16,565 nt of DNA. It comes from Candidatus Thorarchaeota archaeon (GTDB lineage: Archaea > Asgardarchaeota > Thorarchaeia > Thorarchaeales > Thorarchaeaceae). Below the pieces are notes generated by a model. The model ran no database searches. It saw only the letters and a list, made by a program, of their open reading frames with translations, and was not told the origin of the DNA. The position numbers and the translations under genes are program-made. Within the stretch, counting starts at the first letter, position 1. Each line of letters starts with the position of its first letter. The stretch is from contig PRDI01000046.1 in the NCBI GenBank assembly GCA_003345595.1, positions 1 through 16,565 on the forward strand, in the 5' to 3' direction. Of the stretch, positions 6,870 to 15,307 are shown piece after piece.

Positions 6870-7886
6870 CTAACGTGACAGTCTACGCCTTGCCAAAAGG
6901 AGTGTGATAGCGGCCAGTACAGACAGGCCTAGTACTACTGCGACATACATGCCTATCGGGTTGTCAAGGGGGAAACGAGCGTTGTCACCACCATGATACA
7001 CGACAAATGATTCCACTACGCGGCCGACTATTTCCAGGCTCGTAGCATTGCACTCCTCAGGTGTGTCCTGTAGCGTGTGCCAAGTGGAAGGAAACGGATC
7101 GTGTTCAATTATGTCCAGAGAGGGTATTCTCAAGTTGAGGAACGGTGCGTGATCATCGATTATTCCTCTTCCGGCCACGTTCAAGAACGTGCTTCCATAT
7201 CCCATCTGTCCTGCCATTGACCAGACAGTGTCCTGAAGAGACAACGTGGAGCTGGTTTCGCGAGCAAGCCGTAGTCCGGCGCCGCCCACCATGTCCAGAA
7301 GAACCATCGCCCTGATCGCCTGCCTCCTCTCCGCGCTTAGCTGCTCAGCATAGTGACTAGATCCCACTATCCACTCCCAGCCGTTGATGTTTCCCGAGTC
7401 TTCTGCGTCGAAGAACACCATCTCAACATTACCCCTATCGGCTTCTGGGATTGAGTGCGAGAGTTCAGTGAGCACAGCTGTGCCACTGGCGCCATCATTG
7501 GCGCCGAGTACTGGACGTGATCTATTGGCAGGGTCCGGGTCTTGATCTGCTCTAGGACGTGTGTCATAGTGCGCGCCGAGCAGTATCGACGCGTTGTCGG
7601 CCGACCCCCACCGTACGACTATGTTCGCACATTCAACGCCAAGATATGTGAAGTTCTGTAGAGTCACATTCCACCCATAGGACGCCACATTCTGGACTAT
7701 GTACTCTCTGCAGAGACTTAGGTTTGCGGATCCTGGAGGACGAGGACCGAAGTCGCATTGCGCAGTCAGATATGCCATGGCTTGGTCCCCATCAAAGACA
7801 GGTGTGTAGTCACTGAGGGTGGTAGGCACTGAAACAGTGAATATCAAGAACAGAAGCACGATCCAAGATGTGGCATGTGACATCAT
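6870..7886 (-). CDS. M28 family zinc peptidase / glutaminyl cyclase-like, secreted and C-terminally membrane anchored
   Basis: FGPRPPGS, GAHYDTRP, GANDGASG, FFDAED, LLDMVG, DDHAPF, WHT. Hydrophobic N-terminal signal segment and C-terminal TM helix followed by RRRLSR. Start moved to ATG 7886 (GAGGA upstream), which avoids overlap with the GGR gene. Confidence 0.9.
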   Translation of the reverse strand: MMSHATSWIVLLFLIFTVSVPTTLSDYTPVFDGDQAMAYLTAQCDFGPRPPGSANLSLCREYIVQNVASYGWNVTLQNFTYLGVECANIVVRWGSADNASILLGAHYDTRPRADQDPDPANRSRPVLGANDGASGTAVLTELSHSIPEADRGNVEMVFFDAEDSGNINGWEWIVGSSHYAEQLSAERRQAIRAMVLLDMVGGAGLRLARETSSTLSLQDTVWSMAGQMGYGSTFLNVAGRGIIDDHAPFLNLRIPSLDIIEHDPFPSTWHTLQDTPEECNATSLEIVGRVVESFVVYHGGDNARFPLDNPIGMYVAVVLGLSVLAAITLLLARRRLSR

Positions 7887-7911
7887 CAGGCCAATCAGTC
7901 CTCTCAGACAC

Positions 7912-9135
7912 CTACTTGGACGATGACAGCCGCGTTTGAACATACCGACGAATGAACGCAGGGAGTCTTCTTGGCATCTTTCTCAAGACGGTAACAGGAA
8001 TGCCAGAATAGTCTATCTCTCCTCTTGCAAGCATCGCCATGACATCTGAGGACAGCTTGAAGCCACTGGCTCGGGGCAAGAGAGACTCGGCGAGCGAGGC
8101 GCCTCTCATGCCAGCCCATTCAGCCACTCCGAAACTCGCTTTGAACTCCTTGATGCAAAGGCGGTCGTACTTCGACAAGAATGACATGTCGTATCGGTCT
8201 TGCTCAGCTGCCTGTATTATGACCTGCGCCGCAAGGACCCCCGATTTCATGGCATACGCTATTCCTTCGCCCATCGCCGGATCTACAAAACCTGCGGCGT
8301 CGCCAATCAGAATGGCACGATCTGTTACATTCCTGTTTGTAATGCCGTCGGCTCCTAGGAAGCAGGTCCGCCTCTCGGTAATTGGCAACGGCACCTTGAG
8401 CCGCTGCTCAGTGGCCCTAACGAAGCGGTCGAATTCGGGTCGTAGATGAGTCATATGTACTGCCGCACCAGCTATGCCTATCCCCAGATGTGCCCTTTTT
8501 GGAAAGACCCATCCATAGCTAGTCCGCCCCTGAACTGGGACTATCTCAAGTATCGAGGGATTGCCTTGGGTCGCCTTCAACACCCCCTCTTCACCCAAGT
8601 GAAAGTCGGCCTCCATACCAAGGCCCACCCTTGTCAGGTCTTTGTGTTCAGGCCTGAGACCCAGCATCTTGGCGACAATCGAACTCGCACCGTCAGCACC
8701 GACGATGATTCGAGAACTGAACTCACGGCCATCGCTCAGCATTACTTGAGCAGAACCCTCGTTGACTTGTGCTCGCGCGACTCTTGACTCTTCCAAGAGT
8801 TCTGCTCCTGCATCCGCAGCCCTATGAGCGAGATACTCGTCAAATGTGGATCGCCTTGTAGTTATCCCAATCAGCTTGTCTGATAGGAACTCGGCTCTCC
8901 TACCGCTCGGGAGAACAAACCTCAGGCCGTGGATCTTCTGCTCTACAAGTCGCCGAGGCAGTCTGTTTCCAAGAATGCGAAGCCCTCTATACATCACTGC
9001 TCCGCCACAGGGCTTCTCTCGTGGGAGGGTGGCCTTCTCTAGCAGGAGCGTCCGGAGTCCCGCTCTTGCACAGTCATATGCGACAATCGATCCAGCGGGT
9101 CCTGCACCTACGACTATGACATCACAAGACCCCAT
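7912..9135 (-). CDS. Geranylgeranyl reductase family FAD-dependent oxidoreductase
   Basis: DVIVVGAGPAGS, REKPCGG, GADG, YGWVFP, LIGDAAG-x2-DP-x2-GEGI. Confidence 0.92.
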   Translation of the reverse strand: MGSCDVIVVGAGPAGSIVAYDCARAGLRTLLLEKATLPREKPCGGAVMYRGLRILGNRLPRRLVEQKIHGLRFVLPSGRRAEFLSDKLIGITTRRSTFDEYLAHRAADAGAELLEESRVARAQVNEGSAQVMLSDGREFSSRIIVGADGASSIVAKMLGLRPEHKDLTRVGLGMEADFHLGEEGVLKATQGNPSILEIVPVQGRTSYGWVFPKRAHLGIGIAGAAVHMTHLRPEFDRFVRATEQRLKVPLPITERRTCFLGADGITNRNVTDRAILIGDAAGFVDPAMGEGIAYAMKSGVLAAQVIIQAAEQDRYDMSFLSKYDRLCIKEFKASFGVAEWAGMRGASLAESLLPRASGFKLSSDVMAMLARGEIDYSGIPVTVLRKMPRRLPAFIRRYVQTRLSSSK

Positions 9136-9217
9136 CAGTCAGCACGCCCATTCCAGTATCTTGTCTGACCGAATTGACTGGTCAGCGACTCCTCTGGTAG
9201 CTTTGCCCCACGAGCTT

Positions 9218-10063
9218 CTATTTAGACCTAGCGACCTGAGTGGTGAACTCGAAAGTCGCCTGGTCGTCCCAGTCCTCGCCTACTCCTAGCTTCGCTCGGA
9301 TCAACTTCTCGTAGTCGGGGTTCACTTCGTATCCAATTGAACTGCGGCCGAGTCTTCGCGCCACGCCGAGCGTTGTTCCAGTGCCAGCGAACGGGTCGAG
9401 CACGATATCACTTACAAAGGAGTAGAGCTTGATGCACCTCTTTGGCAGTTCTTCAGGAAAGGGAGCCGGATGACCTTCTCTTGAAGCAGAAGCCGGCTGA
9501 AAGTCCCAGATTGAGTTCTGAACCCAGTCGGTGAACTCTCTGTGTGTTATCCTAGAGGCCTCCTTCAATGATGGGTCCACAGAGTCTCTTCGTCCAGACT
9601 TCGAGAAGACGATTATCCACTCGTACGGATAGCTGGAGAGCATGTTTGTCGGATAGGGGTACGAGCCCCATGAACTGAATCGCACCGCTTTTCGTTTGTC
9701 CCATATGTGAAGCGACATCAGATACATGTTGCCAAGTGAGTCCATATGGTCCTCAAGCTCGGTCAGCACGGTCTTGGTGACCCGACGGCTGAACGTGGAA
9801 GAGCCTCCAGGCAAGAGTGTTGGCATGACGTTGATGACCAACTTCCCATCTGGTACCAGCTTTCGTACACACTCGTCAAGCACAACACAGAGCGAGCCCA
9901 TGTAATCCTCGAAGGTGGTCGACTCTTGGCCGATTTCGACGCCTTCGCCGTAGTCCTTCAAATGCCAGTAAGGGGGTGAAGTCACAACGAGATGGACAGA
10001 GCTGTCGCCGACCGTGTCCATATGCCGGCTGTCACCGAAAATCACTCGATGGTGCGTCTTCAT
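9218..10063 (-). CDS. Site-specific DNA amino-methyltransferase, beta class (probably N4-cytosine)
   Basis: Motif IV VVTSPPYW near the N terminus; HPAPFP and motif I VLDPFAGTGTT near the C terminus. The start overlaps the upstream stop (ATGA, 10060-10063). Confidence 0.92.
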   Translation of the reverse strand: MKTHHRVIFGDSRHMDTVGDSSVHLVVTSPPYWHLKDYGEGVEIGQESTTFEDYMGSLCVVLDECVRKLVPDGKLVINVMPTLLPGGSSTFSRRVTKTVLTELEDHMDSLGNMYLMSLHIWDKRKAVRFSSWGSYPYPTNMLSSYPYEWIIVFSKSGRRDSVDPSLKEASRITHREFTDWVQNSIWDFQPASASREGHPAPFPEELPKRCIKLYSFVSDIVLDPFAGTGTTLGVARRLGRSSIGYEVNPDYEKLIRAKLGVGEDWDDQATFEFTTQVARSK

Positions 10064-11178
10064 GTACTGTGCCCACCCTCATGCAGGTCCCAGACGAGCA
10101 CCTCTTCCTTCCTATCTGTCACGTTGATTCTATCCCATAGGCCACTCGGTGTTTCCGTGTACGACCTCTCAATGACGTATGGCTTGCCCCAGGGGGCAAT
10201 CTCTGCAAAGAACTCAGAGCCCCTTATCAGTTTCCGGTGGACCATGCGATCTCCAACGACAAGTATCACAAGGCCGTTTTCCCGCACGACTCTCTGAATA
10301 GACAGAAGCGCTTGTGTCATGTCCGACTTATATGTTGAGAAGCTTTGGATGAGACCCTTCCGTAGCTCGGCGCGGTCCACCTTGAGGATGTCGAGCACCA
10401 AGCGACTGTAGTAGCCAGTGTAGTCGAGTGCGTCGAAGTAAGGCGGACTCGTGTACACAACATTGACAGACTGCTCCGGGAGCACTTCATGAACGCGTCG
10501 TGCGTCATGGCAGAGGATCCTGACAGAAGGAGCACCTTTCACAAAGAGCACATGCTTCCGGGCCTTTCGCATCACTACGTCGTAGAAGTCTATTGGACGA
10601 AGTCGGGGACTGACTCTGCCTATCGACGTCGAGGTCCATGTCCAACCATTGCATGCCCGTGCCGTTACACAGATTGACCCATAGAGTATTGAGCGCTCGA
10701 AGGATGAGAAGTCTTCCGAAACTGCAACCATCCTCATGATTTGATGTCTGGTCATAGGATGAAAGTACTCTGCGACAGAAGATGACATTCTTGGGGATTT
10801 CTCAAGAGACCGAGCAGTACTCATTGCTGAACCTAGATGGTCGAGCGTCTTCTTCACGTCGAGGGGCTCAGTCTTGCCTTGGGCGATGGTGCATGCCAGC
10901 GGGTTGTTGTCTACACCGATAGCCGACATCCCATGGATCTGTGCCTCATAGAGTATGGTCCCAGTTCCACAGAAGGGGTCTAGGAGTGTCCAGTTACGTG
11001 GCAGCTGCGATATCACCTGAGCCGCGTCGATGCCCGACATCTTTCCTCGATAAGGGTAGATTCCGTGGATTGAACAAGGGTTGTTCACCTTCGAGAGATC
11101 CTGTAGTGATATGCGCCGCCGAAATCTGGAATTCAATCGCTCGGTCAACAGACTCTCCGACGCCGACTCACACCCCAC
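10060..11178 (-). CDS. Site-specific DNA amino-methyltransferase, alpha class (probably N4-cytosine)
   Basis: HGIYPYRGK, motif I LLDPFCGTGT and GVDNNP in the N-terminal part; motif IV VYTSPPYF after a long TRD. Start uncertain (GTG 11178 or TTG 11148). Confidence 0.9.
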   Translation of the reverse strand: MGCESASESLLTERLNSRFRRRISLQDLSKVNNPCSIHGIYPYRGKMSGIDAAQVISQLPRNWTLLDPFCGTGTILYEAQIHGMSAIGVDNNPLACTIAQGKTEPLDVKKTLDHLGSAMSTARSLEKSPRMSSSVAEYFHPMTRHQIMRMVAVSEDFSSFERSILYGSICVTARACNGWTWTSTSIGRVSPRLRPIDFYDVVMRKARKHVLFVKGAPSVRILCHDARRVHEVLPEQSVNVVYTSPPYFDALDYTGYYSRLVLDILKVDRAELRKGLIQSFSTYKSDMTQALLSIQRVVRENGLVILVVGDRMVHRKLIRGSEFFAEIAPWGKPYVIERSYTETPSGLWDRINVTDRKEEVLVWDLHEGGHST

Positions 11179-11184
11179 AACCGT

Positions 11185-11817
11185 TCATATGTCCCTGCAA
11201 TCCTCACACCCCGGCCTCGGTCTGAGACCCAGCCGCCTCATGATCTTTCCACCTGGCAACTGCGCTTCAGGAGTTGTACCCTCAGGCGTTGTAACAGGGA
11301 AGGATCTGCGGCCCACCTCTCTGAACCCGTAGCTACTAATCAGCATCTTGGAGGGAACGTTGTCCTCGTATACCTCGCAGTAGACCTCGTCGACTCCTGC
11401 ACTAATGAAGTAGTCAGCGGCTGCGCGAATCAGCGATGTGGCAACCCCCTTCCTGCGACGATGCGGGAGCACACCAATGCCTGTTATTTCGCCATACGGG
11501 CGGTCGCCCTTGTTCTCCACAAAACATGCAATGAACCCTGATGGCGTGCCCCAGACATCAGCGACAAAGACGCCCTCTGTGTCGAGCTTCTTGGCCTCTT
11601 CAATGGTCAGAGGGCAAAAGGGGTCGGGCGACGCTATAAAGCACCTGTTGTAGAGACCGACGAAGGCTTGGATTTGATCTCTCTCCAGACGATGGACATT
11701 GATGTGCTCGGGGGCCTGTTTCTTCACTGATCGTTCTGTCACCAGCTCCAAGGCTTCCTTGGCGTCAGCCTTCATGATGACATAGGACTTTTCTCTCACG
11801 ATTGACTTTGAGGCCAT
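11185..11817 (-). CDS. GNAT family N-acetyltransferase with C-terminal CxxC tail
   Basis: IGVLPHRRRKGVAT (motif A, RxxGxA), V-x3-N and YGF. Start at ATG 11817 with GAGGGTG upstream. Confidence 0.9.
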   Translation of the reverse strand: MASKSIVREKSYVIMKADAKEALELVTERSVKKQAPEHINVHRLERDQIQAFVGLYNRCFIASPDPFCPLTIEEAKKLDTEGVFVADVWGTPSGFIACFVENKGDRPYGEITGIGVLPHRRRKGVATSLIRAAADYFISAGVDEVYCEVYEDNVPSKMLISSYGFREVGRRSFPVTTPEGTTPEAQLPGGKIMRRLGLRPRPGCEDCRDI

Positions 11818-11901
11818 GCCACTTACACCCTCGTACCTCACTTTCCTGACTGTGGGACAACCGTCAAGCCGTCAGCTACCATCATGAACCGGGACCGCCA
11901 A

Positions 11902-12663
11902 TCAGACGAACAGACGATCGATGGCCGAGACCGTCGCTTCGGCTTCCTTCTCAATAGCTTCCACCAAGAGCGGGTTTTGTTCACCTGTCTTCTCTCGTTC
12001 ATCCTTCTGCTCCTCTTTGGGGTCCCTGTGCAGATTGCCGTCCACAGCAAGGATTGATGCAGCATGGAAACCACGCGTCTGGGCGAACACAAACAGCAAT
12101 GAACTCTCCATCTCAATACACTTCACCCGACAGCGGGTCCACAGAGCGAGCTGATTGCTCTCAGGAGCGGAGTAGTAGACATCACTTGTCCAGCACAGTC
12201 CTGCGTGAACCCGGTCGGGCGGCAGAAGTCCAGAGATGCTGTCAAGTAGCGCTCTTTGCAACGTGGGGGATGCCACAGCCGGGTATTCGATTGGCGCATA
12301 ATTCAGACTTGTGCGTTCGTCTCTGATACAGCCTGTGGGAACTACCACATCGCCTGTCTTTACAGAGAGTTCAATTCCCCCGCAGGTGCCGACCCTTATG
12401 AAGTGCTCTGCACCCACCTTTGCCAACTCCTCTATGCATATGTGAGTGGACGGCGTTCCCATTCCAGTTCCAGATATCGTGACAGGAACACCACCCGGCG
12501 TGTACCCTCGGTAGGTCAACAGACCCCGATACCGTGAAACTTCCTGCGGATCCCTCATCGCATTGGCGATCAAAGGTACTCGATCGGGGTTTCCCGTGAT
12601 GATTACGACTTTCTCGACGTCGCCCTCACCGACCCGCAAATGGGGTTGTACTCTTCGCTTCAT
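11902..12663 (-). CDS. udp: Nucleoside phosphorylase, uridine phosphorylase-like (PNP/UDP family)
   Basis: QPHL, GNPDRV, GMGTPS, IRVGTCGG, RDERTS...YPAVA, TSDVYY, IEMESS. Start at ATG 12663 with GAGGT upstream. Substrate specificity is not certain. Confidence 0.85.
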   Translation of the reverse strand: MKRRVQPHLRVGEGDVEKVVIITGNPDRVPLIANAMRDPQEVSRYRGLLTYRGYTPGGVPVTISGTGMGTPSTHICIEELAKVGAEHFIRVGTCGGIELSVKTGDVVVPTGCIRDERTSLNYAPIEYPAVASPTLQRALLDSISGLLPPDRVHAGLCWTSDVYYSAPESNQLALWTRCRVKCIEMESSLLFVFAQTRGFHAASILAVDGNLHRDPKEEQKDEREKTGEQNPLLVEAIEKEAEATVSAIDRLFV

Positions 12664-12823
12664 GCGGACCTCACACTCGTGGAGCATCTAGACTGCTGAA
12701 TGTTGTTGCACTTCCTAGGACAGGAGGCGATCAAGATGAAACCAACAGTAGCATATCAATCACACGGCCCCGTGATAGAGCAATCGAGCGAAAGGCCCTC
12801 ATATTAATCACAGTCGCGGCCAA

Positions 12824-13513
12824 TCACGATTTCTGCAGAGCATGATTCTTCGCGTAATCGCAGAGCTTGTTAAGGGGGCATCGATTGCACCTCGGCGCCT
12901 TTCTCAAACAGATGGTTGACACCAGATCAATAATACCCCAGTAGAGGTGTTTCGGCTGGCGCCTTCCCCCTAGCACGCGCATCAAGTCCAATGCACGGGG
13001 GTTCGTAGGCCCCTCAAGGTCGCTTGAGAAAACTCTGTTGAGAAGATGAATGACATTGCCATCTACCATCGGAACTGAATGGCCAAACGCGAAGTTGAGG
13101 ACGGCTGAAGCTGCGTACTCGCCGACGCCAGGAAAACGCTTGAGATGCTCACTGCCATCGGGCACTCGTCCATCATGCTCTCTCACGATCAAGATTGCAG
13201 TTTCATGCATCTGGCGGGCTCTTGTCGACTGAAGGCCCAACGAAACGAGTCGGCCAGCAAGGGACCTCTCGGAAGCAGTCGCCAGCTTCTGCGGCGTGCC
13301 AAAACGATTCACAAAGGGACTGTAGACTCTGAGGACTGCAGATGCAGTGGTTCGCCTCAGGAGCATCTCAGCGATTAAGATGTGGAATGGATCTGACGTT
13401 TCTCGCCAAGGGAAGTCTCGACCAGCATTCTCGTACCAGCGGACAACAGCGTTCCGTGTCTTCATCATCCGACTGGAATCCAGTCGTTTGGCATAGTCCA
13501 TCGTTCCTATCAC
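12824..13513 (-). CDS. mig: HhH-GPD [4Fe-4S] DNA glycosylase, MIG-type (T:G/U:G mismatch)
   Basis: RDFPWR, EMLLRRTTA (RRT as in MIG, versus QQT in MutY), PGVGEY (Tyr rather than the Lys of EndoIII), VDGN and C-x6-C-x2-C-x5-C. No MutT-like C-terminal domain. Start GTG 13513 or ATG 13501. Confidence 0.85.
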   Translation of the reverse strand: MIGTMDYAKRLDSSRMMKTRNAVVRWYENAGRDFPWRETSDPFHILIAEMLLRRTTASAVLRVYSPFVNRFGTPQKLATASERSLAGRLVSLGLQSTRARQMHETAILIVREHDGRVPDGSEHLKRFPGVGEYAASAVLNFAFGHSVPMVDGNVIHLLNRVFSSDLEGPTNPRALDLMRVLGGRRQPKHLYWGIIDLVSTICLRKAPRCNRCPLNKLCDYAKNHALQKS

Positions 13514-14073
13514 GCAACCCTAAACATCCCGTTTATCCAATCTTCCATCTCTGATACCGACCCTAGGACTGTTACACCCTCCATGTGGCGAAGTCGCTCC
13601 ACATTCTCAATGTCGATGGCTCGTGTCTTGATTCTGATACGCACGCCCTCTGGTGTCACTGTTTCGAACTCACCCGGTTCTTGGTCGACTGGATATAGCA
13701 ATACGGGAGTGGTTCCTTTTAGGGCTTGAGCAACAGCGTTCGTGATCAGTGTGTCCTCAATTCCGTATGCAATTTTGGCAGCTGAGTTGGCAGTGAGAGG
13801 AGCGACAACGAAGACATCATATTTGCCCACTTGAAGAGGACCGGCAATGAATGGTACGTTGGCATCCACTTCGGGCTTTACCTTGTCAAATGCCGCGTTC
13901 AGTCGGTCCCATAGGCGATACCAGTGGAGGACTTGTCTACCAGCCTTTGAAACAAAGACATCAATCCTGACTCCGAGAACAGTCTTGAGTCGGACCATCG
14001 CATCCAAGACCTCCTCAATCTTGTCGCCTGACCCCGTGATTCCCCATGCGATACGCGCCAATTCAATCGGCAA
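13510..14073 (-). CDS. afpA: Archaeoflavoprotein AfpA (HFCD flavoprotein family)
   Basis: RIAWGITGSGD, SKAG, ANxPFIAGPLQVGKYD, APLTANSAAKIAYGIEDTLITNAV, PVD. Confidence 0.88.
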   Translation of the reverse strand: MPIELARIAWGITGSGDKIEEVLDAMVRLKTVLGVRIDVFVSKAGRQVLHWYRLWDRLNAAFDKVKPEVDANVPFIAGPLQVGKYDVFVVAPLTANSAAKIAYGIEDTLITNAVAQALKGTTPVLLYPVDQEPGEFETVTPEGVRIRIKTRAIDIENVERLRHMEGVTVLGSVSEMEDWINGMFRVA

Positions 14074-14233
14074 AGCATGTGCCTCACGCCCACAAATATC
14101 TAGCTGTGTTTAGCCGCTTGAACTAATGACTTGTTCACGCTAAACATGAAACAGCGAGAGCATCATGACAGAGTTCATTATCAAGTGATTGAGGATTCAA
14201 CCGAAGACCATTTCGTCCGTAGGTGACGGAAAT

Positions 14234-15226
14234 ATGTACAGAGCCAGTGCGGGCATAACCACCAACATGAGTCTGACAGCCGCGGAATGGATTGCATCCA
14301 ACGCGAAGAAGCTGGGCCTCGATGGTATTTGGGTGGGTGAGGACATAGGGAAAGGACACGATGTGTTTGTCCTAACGACAGATATGATACTACGCGCAAG
14401 GGAAGTGAGAGTGGGCACAGGGATCGTGCCAATAACTGTTCATGACATAGCTGTGCTTGCGAGGACTGTAAGGAGTCTGAGGGAGCTCGCAGGCTACGGC
14501 TTTGCCTTTGGCACAGGGATTGGAGGCATCCAAGACCTGATGACACTGGGGATCAAACCGAACAGGCCTGTCACACTTCTGGGAGAGGCCGTCAGAGTTC
14601 TGAAACGGCTCTGGGCCGGAGAAACGGTGAGTGTAGAGAATGAGTGGTTCACGCTAAGAGATTACAGTCTTGGTCTCAAACAGCCAGTTCTCGTCCCTGT
14701 CTTCTTGGGAGTCCGCGGCCCTCAGATGCTGAGAATGGCAGCACATGTGGCAGATGGCGTCATCCTCTCCGGACCCTCAGAATACATCCACAAGGCCATT
14801 CGTCTGGTGAATGATGAGGCACAGGCAACAGGCAGAAGCAAGGACTCGGTTGAGAAGGTGGTTTGGCAACCGACAATTCCAACGTTCAAAGGCGGAGATG
14901 AAACGCTTGCAAAGAGAGTTGTGGCACTTGTCGTTGCTGACATGCCAGACCGAGTTATTCGCATGACAAGTGTGGACACTAGCCGAGTAGAAACCATCAG
15001 ATCTGCAGTGGAAAAGGGCGGGCCGTCTGCAGGTGTGGCACATGTCACACAGGACATCCTAGACTCATTCTCGGTCACGGGCAGCAAAGAACGCATGATT
15101 GAGCAGTTTCAGGCATTTGCAGAAATGGGTGCGACCGAGGTCGTAATCGGCCCGCCCTTCTCAGGAAACTGGAGAGAAGCCATGAGCGAGATTCTGCAAG
15201 AGATGCACGCAAACGGCGAGCACTAG
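14234..15226 (+). CDS. LLM-class (luciferase-like) F420-dependent oxidoreductase, Mer-like
   Basis: GLDGIWVGE, VGTGIV, GTGIG, PVFLGVRGPQML...ADGVIL, C-terminal VVIGPP. Start ATG 14234 with AGGTGA at 14221-14226. Confidence 0.88.
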   Translation: MYRASAGITTNMSLTAAEWIASNAKKLGLDGIWVGEDIGKGHDVFVLTTDMILRAREVRVGTGIVPITVHDIAVLARTVRSLRELAGYGFAFGTGIGGIQDLMTLGIKPNRPVTLLGEAVRVLKRLWAGETVSVENEWFTLRDYSLGLKQPVLVPVFLGVRGPQMLRMAAHVADGVILSGPSEYIHKAIRLVNDEAQATGRSKDSVEKVVWQPTIPTFKGGDETLAKRVVALVVADMPDRVIRMTSVDTSRVETIRSAVEKGGPSAGVAHVTQDILDSFSVTGSKERMIEQFQAFAEMGATEVVIGPPFSGNWREAMSEILQEMHANGEH

Positions 15227-15307
15227 GTGTTCCAAAGTGATTTCAACGGCAGAAACACCAGGGCATGTAGGTTCAGCTGTGAGCACAAACCGAGAAGATC
15301 GGACGAC

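Noticed and set aside
6870-6975. Archaeosortase PGF-CTERM signal on the M28 protein
   Set aside because: A TM helix and basic tail are present, but there is no PGF-like motif.
11838-12116. 92-aa minus-strand ORF bridging udp and GNAT
   Set aside because: It mostly overlaps udp in another frame and has no recognisable features.
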